Source of the DNA: Tubiluchus corallicola
Taxonomy: Eukaryota > Animalia > Priapulida
Assembly: GCA_030141605.1 (NCBI GenBank)
Contig: JAQGDQ010000152.1
Location: forward strand, 186,001-250,000
Reading direction: 5' to 3'
Length of the DNA stretch: 64,000 bases
The position numbers and the translations under genes were made by a program. The notes below the pieces were generated by a model. The model saw only the letters and a list, made by a program, of their open reading frames with translations, ran no database searches and was not told where the DNA came from. The stretch's first letter is position 1, and every line of letters starts with the position of its first letter. This document shows positions 25,701-38,800 of this stretch, in pieces.

Positions 25701-28700
25701 TCAGCTGATCATCACGTGATGCTACACCTAACTGGGCTTCTAGCCAAGACAATAATTTAGTCTCACATCGTCAAGGATTTAATCTTTATTAATTTAGTAA
25801 TTTAATTAATGATTTGATCTTAAATCACTATTTCAAACAGCTTTCCTTTACTCTATGCAAAATAAAAAAAGGATAGTAGGTTATCTATTACTGTTGTTCA
25901 GCATTTTGCATTTTGCAAGGTCAGGTTGTTTAATACACGGCAATTTTACCTATATCACACCATTGCACTAACCTAAAATCGTTTAGTAGGCAGGACTTTG
26001 AAAAAAAAATCAATAATCGACTATTGTTTGAATCTACTCTTTTGTTAAAAACAGGTGCAAGATTTCTCTAATCTTCAATTCTTAGACAGAAACTCCAGTT
26101 TCGATACCTGTTGGTTTTTGCAAGCTATCAGTTCTTTGCCTTCTACCCATTTTGGAATGTCCGGCAGTATGACACTAGGTGAACTGACCTCTGTGACCAC
26201 AACTGACGTTTCACAACCAGAATCCGTGCAATATGTAGGAACTCGGCGGCTCGGACTGCTTAAAACATCCTTCAAAGAGATATCTGAATCTGGGCTACTG
26301 CCAAGACCGCTGGTAACATCAGACTCCGTACGAGCGTACTTGGGTAACTCATTGTGAATATCTAGCTTTTTAAGTGCAAGGCTGCTACAGCAATCTCCAG
26401 CCTCATTCTTGATGTTGGCTGTCAAAGCCTCTTTGCAAGTGTCTTTCACTGTTTGGCTGCTTTCGCTAGAAGTTGTTAATGGACTTGGTCGAAGTTTTTC
26501 TACTACATGTGCATTTGAGAGTGCTTCACACAACGCTTTACTTGAATTCTGTTGCTGCAGACTCGAGTCAATTGCTGCACTTGACGGCACGTTATGCTTA
26601 GTGACAAGCAGGCAAACCTGCCGAGCATATCGGTTGACTCTGGAGTGAGGATTGTCGAGCAGTTTAACAGCAAACGTCATAATATCATTGAGCATCTGTG
26701 GAGGGATACTGAGCCTGCAAAAAATAAGATATTCGAGTTGATTTATTTAACAGGAAAAGGGGTCCCCGAAAAAGGTTTCAGAAAAATCGCCTTAAGAAAT
26801 TATATTACTTTATAGCAATTTTATGCACATATCGTACTTGCGTTGAAAGGAATTTTTATTTGTCTTCATTTTAAATCTCCCGCAATACTGTTTCGAAGTC
26901 CCTATTACATGATGTCACTAAGCAAACGTAAATCAGGGGAAGAAAAGGAAATTTTAAATTACGTCCCAAAAAACTTTCCATGCAAATCTATATTACTTAG
27001 CTTTGCGCTTACGTGCTGTAAAGAATTATGTAATTAGAAAATTTTTAATTATTTAAAATGTTTTCACCAATTGGTAAAATGTCGCACCCCTCCAGGGTGC
27101 GCCACTCACTAATCAAAAATGTATTTTTAATCATATTGACGAGATACAGTCATTTAAAATTTTACTCAGTTAGTGACGCGTGCGCTATGAATGCTCTGAT
27201 TATTTTTTCAAACTTTACACAATGTTATCGAACCTTGTTTCAAATGACCTGTCGTCAAAAGGGCTGCATCTAATTGTCATTGCAGGAGTTTAAATTTAAA
27301 CGTTTTATACAGCGTGACTGCCGACTGAAGTAATGTATGTAAAAAGGCAGTATGTAAGTGGTATAAAATTCCAAGTTGAACTTTTTAAACTTTATATTTA
27401 CGAAGGGTTTTCTTGTGCGTTAACATTTTTGATTAACTCTTGCATAAGTTTTATACCTTTGCTGATGTCGCGCAAGTTGCATAATCAGTCCTTAAATGAT
27501 GGGTGCAAGAATGAAAAACTAAACTTAATAACAGAAATAATGATTGTTGAATTTTAAGGTCAAAAATTTCATTTTTAAATATAAGGCATTATGTGACATT
27601 TATAAAGCCTTACCTTTCATCAGTTTCAAATTCACCATAAATGCGACACATTATCGTTTCCATGACAACGAGACTGCCCAACAAGTGCTGCCATTGGGTA
27701 ACACTGGCATCTGATTGTTGCGTGACGCAAGAGATGACAAAGGCGGCACCACCAATACCACCTAATGTACACAAATCGCAAAAAATGCTAGAAACACAGT
27801 TGACGTCAAAATAAAATTTCATCAATATTTCAACTGGTGTTTTTTAATCTAGTAACAAAGCTTTTTTAACTGTTATCTGAAAAAAACTTAACATAACAAA
27901 AAACTGAAAACAGTTTTGAACCCAAAGGCCATCCTAAGCGTTGCTTTCTAGTTAGTATGCCCATGTAGAAAACATAGATTATAAGAGTTATTCAGTAAAG
28001 TGCTTATATTTTCTCTACTACAAATTTTTGGATGACTGGAACACAAGCACTAGTAATAATTCAACTATTCTACAGTACTTGATGTTCTTGAAGTTTGCTG
28101 TATGAGGTGCATCTGTAGGCAAACAGTTATGCCATAACCCCAAAAAAACTCCAATTGGCCAGTTTTGAAACAAGGGTAGAAAAACAATCTTGAAGAGATA
28201 TGGCTAACAATATCATAAATAAGAGACTATTATGCATTTCTGGTTAACTCCACATCACTTCTGACCATAACGAAACGACCACTATCAAACAAAAAAGCAA
28301 AAAAAAACAAGAACTACAGAGCTCACACCAATATACATTACGAGACTTCACCTAAAAGGTCCTACAGCTGGTTTATTTTTTAACATGGTAAACTACATTA
28401 GGCTTACCTGCTGCATTACTGTCAATCATTTTCCCAACCGCAAGCTCTCCGGTGGCACCGCGGCACAGTTCCACTATGGTAGCCAATGACAGCATGCTTG
28501 TACGTTTGATTGCGTCCGCACACTTGCTTATGATGCCAGTCACCACGGGGCGTAACATCTCTTGAAAAGTGGACTGACACAGTTGCTCTGAGTAAATCAC
28601 GTGGCCCAGCAGAGAGCGCAACAATTTCTGCAATTGTACATTTTGCTGTCTTTATATATAAATAATAAGTGTAAATTATTCTCGCGATAATATCTGATAT

Positions 28701-31700
28701 ATCTAAAAGTCCCTGGTTCAATCCCGGGTTTCGGCACCATTGTTGTAAAGTTTTAAAGTCGTAAATCGTCTTTAGATATAGAAAACTGCGAACTAAATAT
28801 TCTTTTATTGTGTACAGGAAGAAGTTATACTGTAAACTAAACTAGACATATTTTTCTCTAGAAATTGACCTAGTTAGAAGCCTGAACTGTATTGAAGCAG
28901 CCACTATGAATAAGGCAGAATTTAATTTCTCGACACCCAAGACGTCATATGCAATTGGAACTCGGTCACATTTGCAGCCCGTTTCGTTTTAATTTTGTTA
29001 TTTTTCCTACCAACTTTCTAAGAAAGGTCCATCTTGAATATGAGCTTAATGAACAAATATCCATACACGTGGCAGTACCAGTCTACTAAAATGTTTATTC
29101 AACATTCTAGTGAATAACATGATATGTTTCCAGTTCACATAATTAAACAAAGTAATGTAGGAATCACATAAAAAACACACATGTATGCTTAACGGCAGTA
29201 AATCAAAAATAACTTGCTAAAATTAAAAAAACCTAAGTTCCCAGCCTCGCCTTGTATGCAAAAACAACACAATTTAAGTTTGAAGGTTACAATAACTTGA
29301 ATGTAGTAAATTTCATAATTTTCTAGTTATAAAAGAAAGACAGTCAAAAGGTGAGATACTGATAACATACAGTAATCAGTTACTCTAATTAATTACACAC
29401 ACATAATGCAAATAACAACAAGCAGTCTATGCATCTTGAGTTCAAAAAGACAATAACAATAAAGACTTCTTACCAAGGTAGCTACATAGACACGATACAC
29501 TGGATCAGATAGCAGTGAGGCAATGATTTCACAACAAACTGACACTTTCTCCACAGACAAGGGGGATTTAGAAATGTCGCTTGTGAGCCTCCGTAAACCA
29601 GCTTCGCGCACAGTCCAATCCTTTTGGAACAAACAGGCAATTAGTCTTTCTCCGAACACCTAAAAATATAAAAGATACCTATGTTTACAGAATTCCAAAA
29701 ATAATTAATATGCATACAGTTTGCTGAAAATATTACAAAAAAGAATCATCAAAAAGTTTATCACAGTCACACAAAATCTTACAGGAATCCAAGCCTGAGC
29801 TTTAGTCCGATGAGCATCCAGTAGAGGGCCCGCTTGCGGGAGCAGTGTCTCCTTGCGTGCCAAGAAAGGTTCCGGATGGGTGTGCCCTCTTTCGTAGCAA
29901 CCGCCGTCCCATTTGCCACGACACAGTGGACATATGACAGCTTCGTTTTTACCTTGGCACTCTTCAGCCCCTATTAAAAATCATATCGAAAAATAACAAA
30001 ATGATCAAGAATCAGTACAGTGTTCAAGATGATGTATAAATTTAGATTCTAGTTTCACAGTGGAGAGAAAACAACACACAACGACTTATATCATACAATG
30101 TTTAATATATAAAAACAAGGCAAACACATAATAGTAATTTTCCTATAAATTCTATGATGATGATAGAATTTCTATGATCATTCTATGATGATCATCTTAT
30201 AAAATGATGCAAAAAAGACAACCACATTACTGTTTATATGCAAAATTTCTTACATTGTACTAAGCAGTTTCTTAAATAAGGGTGGAAGTAATGACAGAGT
30301 AAAAAAAATCAAAGACAAGTCAACGTAAGTCTAATGTACACACTATCATTCAGTGTTGATGATAATCATAATATTCCAGCACTAAACATAATACACTTAG
30401 TTTTTGCAGGATTCAAATAGAGTTTATTAGCTTTAAACCAATTTGTAACAGTATCTTACTGCCGATTTATTATGTCATTTGAAAAGTCACTGAGATTGAA
30501 GAAGATCACAGCATTGTCTGCAAATTGAGTTAACTGTAATGAGTTATTTATTTTACATAGATCGTTAACATAGATTAAGAAAAGTTGAGGTCCGAGGATC
30601 GAACCTTGCGGCACTCCAATGTTTACACTACATAGGGTTGATATCACATTATTGCATCTCACACGTGTGCGATTTTTTAGATAGCTGTTAAACCAATAAA
30701 TCAATAGCTTTATTTACAAATTCTCTAACCCCGTAAAATGATAATTCGTGTAACAAAATTGCATGGTCCACCGTGTCGAATGCTTTGGAAAGATCGCTAA
30801 AGACACCTGCTGTGACTGAATTTTTATCTATGGTATTCATCAGCCTATTACAAGCACTAGGGGTGAGCATTCTCTACCAGAAGGCAAATTCGAATCGAAT
30901 CCAATCTGTGACTTACGAATTTGAATCAAACCGAATTTCAGTATTTCAAATCCAAATCGAATACAAAATGCGTGTAATTTACAACTGTATAGTCTATACA
31001 AACTGCAATTTCTTACTATTTAGATATTAAAGTTCAGTCGAATTCGAATTGAGTTTAAAAGATTTTCGAACATGTTTTTGAACCAGTAGTAAAAACTGGT
31101 CTTGCAAAGATCATGCATAATACTTGATTTTGTTCTGCAGTAAAACTACTATTAGTTTGTTAAAAATTTTGCACAGAAACTACAGTAAAATTTCAAACAT
31201 TTTAGTGATAACGAGCATATGTGGCTGAAGTGCTGAATTATTCGAACCCATAATTTTAGGTTCAAATCAAATTCCAACTAAAAAAACTCTTTGCTCATCC
31301 CTAGCAAGCACTTATTAAAGCCAAATCTGTAGAACTGCTTTTAAGACTGATTCTAACTTAGGATATCTATTTTCTTTAAATAATTATCAATCTGACTTAC
31401 AATAATTATCAATATGATATTATTAAATCGTTACTAATCTTCTCTGGAATTCACCTCATGCCATGCAAACAATAAACAATAATTAAATGAATTTGAAATG
31501 GTGAATGACTGAGGTTATCTTTTCTGAACACACATCATCATTTTCTGATTATAAGAACCTGACCTTTTCCAAAAAAAATGATTGTGGACCCTACACAACA
31601 CAGCGCTAGTTAAAGAGGAGGAAAAGACAATTTTAAACTACGCCCAAAAAAACTTTCTATAGAAAGTTATATTATGTTGCATTACCTTAGTCGCTTACCT

Positions 31701-34700
31701 GTTGGAACAGGCTTATAGAACTAGAAAAGAAAATTCTTAGTTACTTAAAGGTTTGCACCAACTGGTAAAACCTCACCGACTCACCTTCCCAGTGTGCATC
31801 ACTGACTCAAAATAAAAAAGGTTATTGATTTTACTGACAACATAAAGTAACTCATACGTTTGCTTAGGTAGTGAAAATGCTCTGACTAGTTTTACAAATT
31901 TTATCAGTGATACTTAGGTTCGTTTCAAACAACATAAGTCTACGCCGCACGGGAGTTTAAATTTTCTAGTTTCATGCACGTGTTGCTACTAATTTAAGCT
32001 CTTTGCACAATAAAGTAGAATTTAGGTGATACGAAGTTTTAAGGCAAATTCTTTTAGGTTTACATAAGTATAGGGCTTTCTTGTCCTTTAAATTCTCTGA
32101 AACATCATCTCTGATTGTACTTACATATAGCAAAGCAATGCTGGTGCAACCTGCCCAAACATCCTGCACTGTGCTGACATAAAACAAAGCAATGCTCGTG
32201 CAACCTATTCAAACATCCTGCATTGTACTTACACATAGCAAAGCAATGCTGGTGCAACCTGTTCAAACTTCCTGCATTGTACTTACATATAGCAAAGCAA
32301 TGCTGGTGCAACCTGTTCAAACTTCCTGCATTGCACTTACATATAACAAAGCAATGCTGGTGCAACCTGTTCAAACTTCCTGCATTGCACTTACATATAA
32401 CAAAGCAATGCTGGTGCAACCTGTTCAAACTTCCTGCATTGTACTTACATATAGCAAAGCAATGCTGGTGCAACCTGTTCAAACTTCCTGCATTATACTT
32501 ACATATAACAAAGCAATGCTGGTGCAACCTGGTCAAACTTCCTGCATTATACTTACATATAACAAAGCAATGCTGGTGCAACCTGGTCAAACTTCCTGCA
32601 TTATACTTACATATAACAAAGCAATGCTGATGTAACCTGTTCAGACATCCTGCAGCACAAATCACAAGACTCTCTCCATCACTCATCTCCAGCAAACATA
32701 TGGGACAGATTTCCTCATCGTCTTCGCAGCTCAGCTTCTGCGCAGCTTCACCATCATCTGAAGACTTTTGCTCTGTGTGCACACTGAGAAAAACAAAGTG
32801 TAAAAGTGAAATTGTCGAATGAAAGCAGACATCCTTGCACAAACTGAACATCTGAAATGTTTCAGAGACATCGATTTTATATCATCGAAAAATTTTAAAA
32901 AATTAAAGGAACCATACTAACAATATGCTTTTGCTTGCATGTCTTGGGAAACGCAGACCATAAACACAAATATGTGTTTGATGCACTATAGTGAAGAGTG
33001 TTTAACGTGAGAAAATTTCGATATGCAATTGAGAAAAGTACTCCGTCGAACTGCAACACTTTACAAACATATCAAATCATGATCTAAAGGAAGAGGTACG
33101 CTTTGAAAGTGTTATCAATGCTCAAAAGCATGGAACTCAAACCTAGTATGGAACAATTTTCATGGCCAAAAAGAAAAAATTGAATTTAACAATCATCAAC
33201 ATGCAAACCTTTCGTTGGCACATTTGGAACGGACATTCGCCGAATCACCAATTCCGTTTCCTTGCTTAGACTTGGCTTGTTTTTCTCTTCTGTCAAGATA
33301 GCTTTGAAGTAGTGACTCCACCTAGAGAAGGAATTAAACATTTACTGACGATAAATACACCTTTAACCTAACGACAATCCCGATACCGTATTTTATAAAC
33401 ACATGAACATGACAACAAAAATCAACGTTACTTTGATAATTTTCATGAATGTACTGCTCTAGAAAACTTACCTCAAAATTTTTCAAAGGCTTGTTCCACA
33501 GCAACGAGTTGCTTTCATGCAGCTTAAACACTCTCAACATTACGAATAGAATGTGGACACAGAATGGACCTTTCACATTGCAGCTACATTGCTAAAAACG
33601 AAATGCAAATTCGGAAATTTCAGACACGCAAGGGACATAAATTTCAAACTTTGAGATGTTCTGAAATAGCTGAATTAACTTCTTTTCCTAAATTGGCACT
33701 GTGCTGGGAGTAGTGTATTGTGTGTAGAGTTGGTGGAGCGATGTGAGTGGTGTGGTGGGCGTGGTATAGTTTGCCATGGGTTTATGAGCAGAAGTTTGGC
33801 TAGTACTTATTAAATTTTAACCAAAACAGAATTTTACACACGTTTGTTACTGTACAAATCACAAATTGTTTAGTACTGATGTACTTTTCAGTACTAACAG
33901 TATACGAAAAACTTATTATACATATCTATCAGCTCTATCTACTGAGAGTTGCATACTTTTGAAGACAACTAAATAGTTTTAGTTATAGGTTTATCTGAAA
34001 AACATCTGACACAGTGACTGTGTTATCGTACAACGCTCAGCTTTTAAAAATAGAAGGTGAAAAACCAACCTGTGGACCAATCACAACCCTGTATTTGTGC
34101 TCAGGCAAGTCTCCACCAATCAGGAAAGAGTTAGGTCCAGTCTGAGACAAGAGATACAGCCGTGCTTTCTGTGCCCTCTGGATCTGTCGAAGCATGGCTT
34201 CTTCACTGATTGTACTCCCATCTTTACATGGCGACGGAGGACGGAATACTGGGCTCGATGGTCGCTGGTTAGAATCAAACAAGAAAATAATTCGTTTTTT
34301 GCAAATGAATTGATAGTTATGGTAAAAACAGCAACAAACTACAAAATATTTAGTAAAATTTAAAATTTAACTTTTGAAGTTAAAATACACTAATTTATAA
34401 GCATCTAATAGGTAATCTTTAAAATTCTTTAAATTTATATCTAAAGATAATGAATAATATACAAGAATGTATATATTTTGCGTGACTAGAATTTTAAGGC
34501 CAACACAGTATGTACCTTTATTTTACTTACAGACTTAATTGGTGACCTTCGTTTCTCGACACTTGAAGAATTTCGTGTGTGACAGCTAACTGAAGTATTC
34601 TGAGAGGTGCCCCCTAAAAGTTCTGCAAAATTCGGCTCTCGTGACGGAGTGACAGAACGGCGTCGAGGCAACGACGAATGCCCGGGAGGAGTTACCGAGC

Positions 34701-35837
34701 AATTTCGTCTAATCAACAGCTGTCTAGGCGGAGTTACGGACCTATGCTTTCCAATTATTGGCTGCCTAAGTGGTGACACGGGCCTGGGTGGTGTTGCAGA
34801 GCGCCGACGAGGTATTTGAGATAAAGTATCAACTGGTTCTGCTGATGAATTTTGCGTAGAAGACAATTCCTTGTTTTCACTGGAAGGCTTTACCACCTGT
34901 TAAATTAGAGAAATTAAAAGCTGAAAAAAGGACTTAGAAATACAACTAAAAATAGTTACGCTAAAACTTATCTTCATAGCTACTCATTTAGTTATCAATA
35001 TAAATATTTTTTTATTTAATTTTTTTACTTAAAGTGAGAAACTATGCTGACTAGGATAGCGAGTTATCAGCTCCTCATACACACTTCAACTTTACAAACA
35101 CAGACAGAGATGAAGCAATTCATAAGTTACATAATAATACGAAAGAATTTTGAGACTGGCTCAAGTAAAAACAGCTTGTCTTTTTACATAAGATGAAAAT
35201 AAATCGTAAAGTATTATAAGCACGTACCATAGGTCCTCGTTTTCTTTCACTTCCTACAGTCATTGAATGTTTAATTCTATGGGACTTGACTGGCAGCGCC
35301 ATCACCTGAGGCTTTACGGAAACTTCCCTGCAAAATTAGCAAAAACAAGAGAATAATCACATGATAATATAAATGAAACATTATTTCTGACATTTTAAAG
35401 ATATGGATATTAAATTCGTAATTGAATAAATGATATTAACTATATGCCTAACAGATCCTCTTCAAAAACTTTCATAAGAAATGTGTTTATTCTTCACAAA
35501 CACATTCAGCCATCTCACAATCTCATACATTCTTTAAGCATTAAGCTTACACAATACTGTAGTAACTGTAGTGCAAATGTACGATTAAGTTGAAGAGTTA
35601 TGTGCAAATTACGAACCAATAATATTCTTCCTGCCTGCATCTTGAAATAGCAATACTAGGCGTAACCATTAAATATTTTCAAAATCTGGTGGATTTAAAA
35701 ATCGCAAACCTTGGTGTACGTGCATCACTTCCAACAGTTTTTGTGTTACTTCCAAACCCAGTCTTCTGCGTTATCATATTGTTGGCTTGCGATTTACAAT
35801 TAACACTGTTGTCTTTAGCATAACCGGTTCCCAGCAT
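19720..35837 (-). CDS. MAP3K1: Mitogen-activated protein kinase kinase kinase 1 (MEKK1): SWIM + RING/PHD + TOG/ARM-like + Ser/Thr kinase, about 1149 aa, 18 coding exons
   Basis: Exons 35710-35837, 35228-35327, 34516-34896, 34070-34264, 33472-33591 (SWIM CSC..CVH), 33209-33321, 32611-32783 + 29783-29970 (RING CPIC..C..GC..H..C/W..CPLCR), 29474-29659, 28408-28627, 27614-27761, 26108-26714, 25083-25220 (GTGSYS, AVK), 23438-23600, 22561-22692 (HRDLK), 22289-22431 ([16 protein letters not shown]), 21678-21809 and 19720-19902. All GT-AG, phases consistent, 3450 nt. The first exon and start codon are the least certain part. Confidence 0.93.
19950..20455. repeat. Diverged minisatellite of about 56 bp, about 9 copies, in the last MAP3K1 intron
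   Basis: Unit CTGTCAGGTCCAGCACTATGAAA..GGGGTCCCAGTGACACAACGGTCTACCAAA. Confidence 0.9.
26746..27495 (+). mobile_element. Kolobok-like non-autonomous element, copy 2
   Basis: Collinear with 1603-2240; right end GTCCTTAA is the inverse of the family left end TTAA(A)GGAC. Confidence 0.7.
28701..28739 (+). pseudogene. 3' half of tRNA-Phe including CCA (retro-copied tRNA fragment)
   Basis: ATCTAAAAGTCCCTGGTTCAATCCCGGGTTTCGGCA-CCA against recalled metazoan tRNA-Phe(GAA) ..ATCTAAAGGTCCCTGGTTCGATCCCGGGTTTCGGCA; 5' half absent. Confidence 0.8.
30300..31450 (-). mobile_element. Decayed CR1/L2-type LINE reverse-transcriptase relic, interrupted by a MITE
   Basis: STDLALI..., [35 protein letters not shown] and FADN motifs, with frameshifts and stops. 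Confidence 0.85.
30858..31303. mobile_element. hAT-type MITE nested in the LINE relic
   Basis: TIRs TAGGGGTGAGCA / TGCTCATCCCTA; 8-bp TSD ACAAGCAC / GCAAGCAC; internal (TCGAA)n-like sub-repeats. Confidence 0.85.
31610..31970 (+). mobile_element. Kolobok-like element, diverged partial copy 3
   Basis: Shares CGCTTACCTG, GGTAAAA..CCGACTCAC and AATGCTCTGA blocks with copies 1 and 2. Confidence 0.5.
32115..32655 (-). repeat. 54-bp x10 tandem array spanning the MAP3K1 exon 7 / intron 7 boundary
   Basis: ACTTAC (GTAAGT on minus) at 32605, 32551, 32497, 32443, 32389, 32335, 32281, 32227 and 32119, and GTCAGC at 32173; exact 54-nt spacing. Confidence 0.97.
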
Positions 35838-38800
35838 ACTAGTGATGTCTGAAATTTTGGCAGATTTTTACTAATTGTTCAAATGCCAAAACAGACGTGA
35901 AGACAACAAGAATACTTCTGCTTCCTGTGAATCACCCGGGGAATTTTTTTAATGGCTGGGAATTTATCTTTTTTTGTGCGTGCATATATTTGCCTGGTGC
36001 AGTAAAAAAAAGCGTACTTTTCTAATTTAAAACGTAAAACATTTTAGCTATTATAACATAGTCGTTTAGGCTACGGCAGCTACATTTTCCAATTCCAATA
36101 GCTAACTCTAGACATTATTCACAACATTGGCGTTTATGCTGAGTAGACACCTTAATCGTCTAAACATACTATAACTTGAGACTTCATACCATGCAAAAAA
36201 GAAAATATACGAATATCGATAATGTAATAAATAACGTGAAACAAAAACTACAAAACAAGGTGTGAAAAAATGAGCACTGAAAAAAATTATAACACTACTA
36301 CTACCCAATGGGAAAAAAACGAACTTTGATTTCAACTGAATTTAAATATTTCACGATTCAGGATTACACATTTGCAAGGATTGTTTAAAAAAATTTTCGT
36401 CTCTCCCTCCTGTCAATGTTTGAGCTCATGAGATATTTTTTGTGGTCAACTATAGGAGAATTGTAATTTCTGAGGACTGTGGGTTTTAACAGTATTTTTT
36501 GACTCTAAGTCAGCATCCAACAAAGACTATAAATTCTTTCATTAAGTTGATATCTTCAATGAAATTCCGTCAGTAAATTAAAACGATGATGTTACAAGCC
36601 AGTTTTATACTGATAACCCAGCCACCGATACAACATGCATAGCTACAATGCTCTCAAGAATGAGTAATGGATATCTATATGTATAGTGGAATTGAATTCG
36701 AATTAAAAAAATATTCCAACTCGAATGTTCGATGATCACCCCCCCTACCACTAAAAAGAAAAACGCAGGAAACACATGGGCTTTGCAGTCCATCTGCAAC
36801 TTTTAAATGTATTCTCACTGATTTTAATTCATTAAACTTGTTCGTCCTGAACAGCACTGTATTTAATATACACATAGGCGCAGATGTGTATTTATTTTTT
36901 CAATCGCACAATGAAATGACTAACTAATTACATGTGCAAAATTTGCACGAAAAAAATGAAGAAAGTACAATACGTGTTAAGGGGTATAAGTGAAAGGGTA
37001 ACAAAAGACCACCAGGTCATTGACCCAGGGCCCATTTCAGCCTAAGCGAGGCCCATGGGGGGGAAGCGCCGGGGGAAGGGCGCCAACCAGAAAATTTTTG
37101 AACTGCAGCCGGAGAAGCATTTTCGAAGAGAAAATATGAAGTTATACAGTTGTTAAAGGAAAGAACAATTGAAAGAAAAACTGCTACCAAGGCCCACTCC
37201 CCCCCCCCCTGAAATAGGCCCTGCACTGACCCACCTCAGATAAACTGATTATAATGAAAACAATTAATGCTGCAAAATTAATGAAAAAAAATAGTTAAAT
37301 ATAAGAAAATGATAACAAAAGAAGAACAATTAAAAATAAAACGAATAAATATTATAAAACTGGATTTACATAATAACCAAATACAGGTTATTATGATGAA
37401 GACCTGTACCTTTTAATTTTGTATTCAAAACATGTTTATAAAGGACTAGATGTATATAAATAAATATACAGACTTTCTACAGGGTTTCACACACTCGCTA
37501 TCACAAACATGCAAACACATACATACATATACACGCATACTCGCTTTCATAAAGATAGAAATACGGAAATATGCTAGGCCAAATAAAAACTCAAATTTAA
37601 TATCATAAATATCACCTTAGAAATGGTAAATGTTTCTCGTCTCAAGTCCTCATGCATTTACTGGAAAGTAATGAGTTCGCCTCTCCTAGAGGTCATGCTT
37701 ATTTAGATATCCGTTAAATGATTATGACTATTTACAACTTTAGAAAGTACACAACAACGATTCAAGAAAAGCGCTTCAAGAAGTATGCAACTATTGCCTC
37801 GTTTTCAATCAATGAGTAATCACCTATTTTTACATGCTCAGTGGTGTGACGACAAGTTTCACAGATTTAGCCTTTGATAACAATTGGGAATTATACCACA
37901 CTTGATCGATGAAAGTAGTTTGCTGTAAAAATAAAATATGTTTTACAGAACCCTTTTACTCTGTAGACTAGCGGCTATGATACTGGAACAAGAAATAAAA
38001 TATCAGTATTGTGCGAGCTGTTGCGATAAATTGGAAAATTTAGCAATACATTAACAATCATGAAAATTTGTTGGTTATAATTATAATATAATATAATGAT
38101 AATAACAGTTGGCTTTCACGAATTCGGTAAAAGTAATTGTGTAAATGTGTGACATTATGACAGTATTTTTTATGTCATTATAATGATCTTATTTCAATAG
38201 CGCCTCAGTGGGTCATACAGTTGTCCGAAAATTGTGCCAACACTCTTTACAGTGCGTTCAGAAAATTTGCTGAAAACATTGACTTGAAAATTCCTTACAG
38301 CAACAATGATGAATGACTATAACGGCGTAAATGTGGTAAAATCATGTTAAGGTTTGGTAAGCTAGGACAAAATGATCACAAATTGTGCTGTAATTTGAGT
38401 GCACGTGGAGAATGAATAAAACGAATGATAAAAACAAGAACAAAATTATCGACATAGCCTTGAACTATTATGGAACTTGTAACATGTCTTGCTTAAGCTG
38501 TCTCCTTATAACAACCTTAGTTCCATTTACAGAGTGCTTCTTGTCATGTTCAGATTCCTGCTGTGCAGTGTCCAGCATGTCACGTGTGCCTTGCCACAAT
38601 TTAGACTTAACTAATTTTATAAATGCTTCTAGCAACAGTTCTTTTTTCTGTTTTATTTTCTTGGAATAGTCTGTATGTGTAAATTAAATTCTTACATAAA
38701 TAAAGTTTTATTAACATATTTTAATAATTACAACCGTACTCCTTTAATTTAGTTCACTTTAGAATCTTGACAATATACTAATTTCCATTTTGTGAATTAG

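Noticed and set aside
32192-32635. Plus-strand repeat ORFs ([10 protein letters not shown].., [10 protein letters not shown]..)
   Set aside because: Antisense shadows of the 54-bp array.
37617-37700. Possible first coding exon of MAP3K1
   Set aside because: The frame needed to join the downstream exons contains a stop; treated as possible 5' UTR only.
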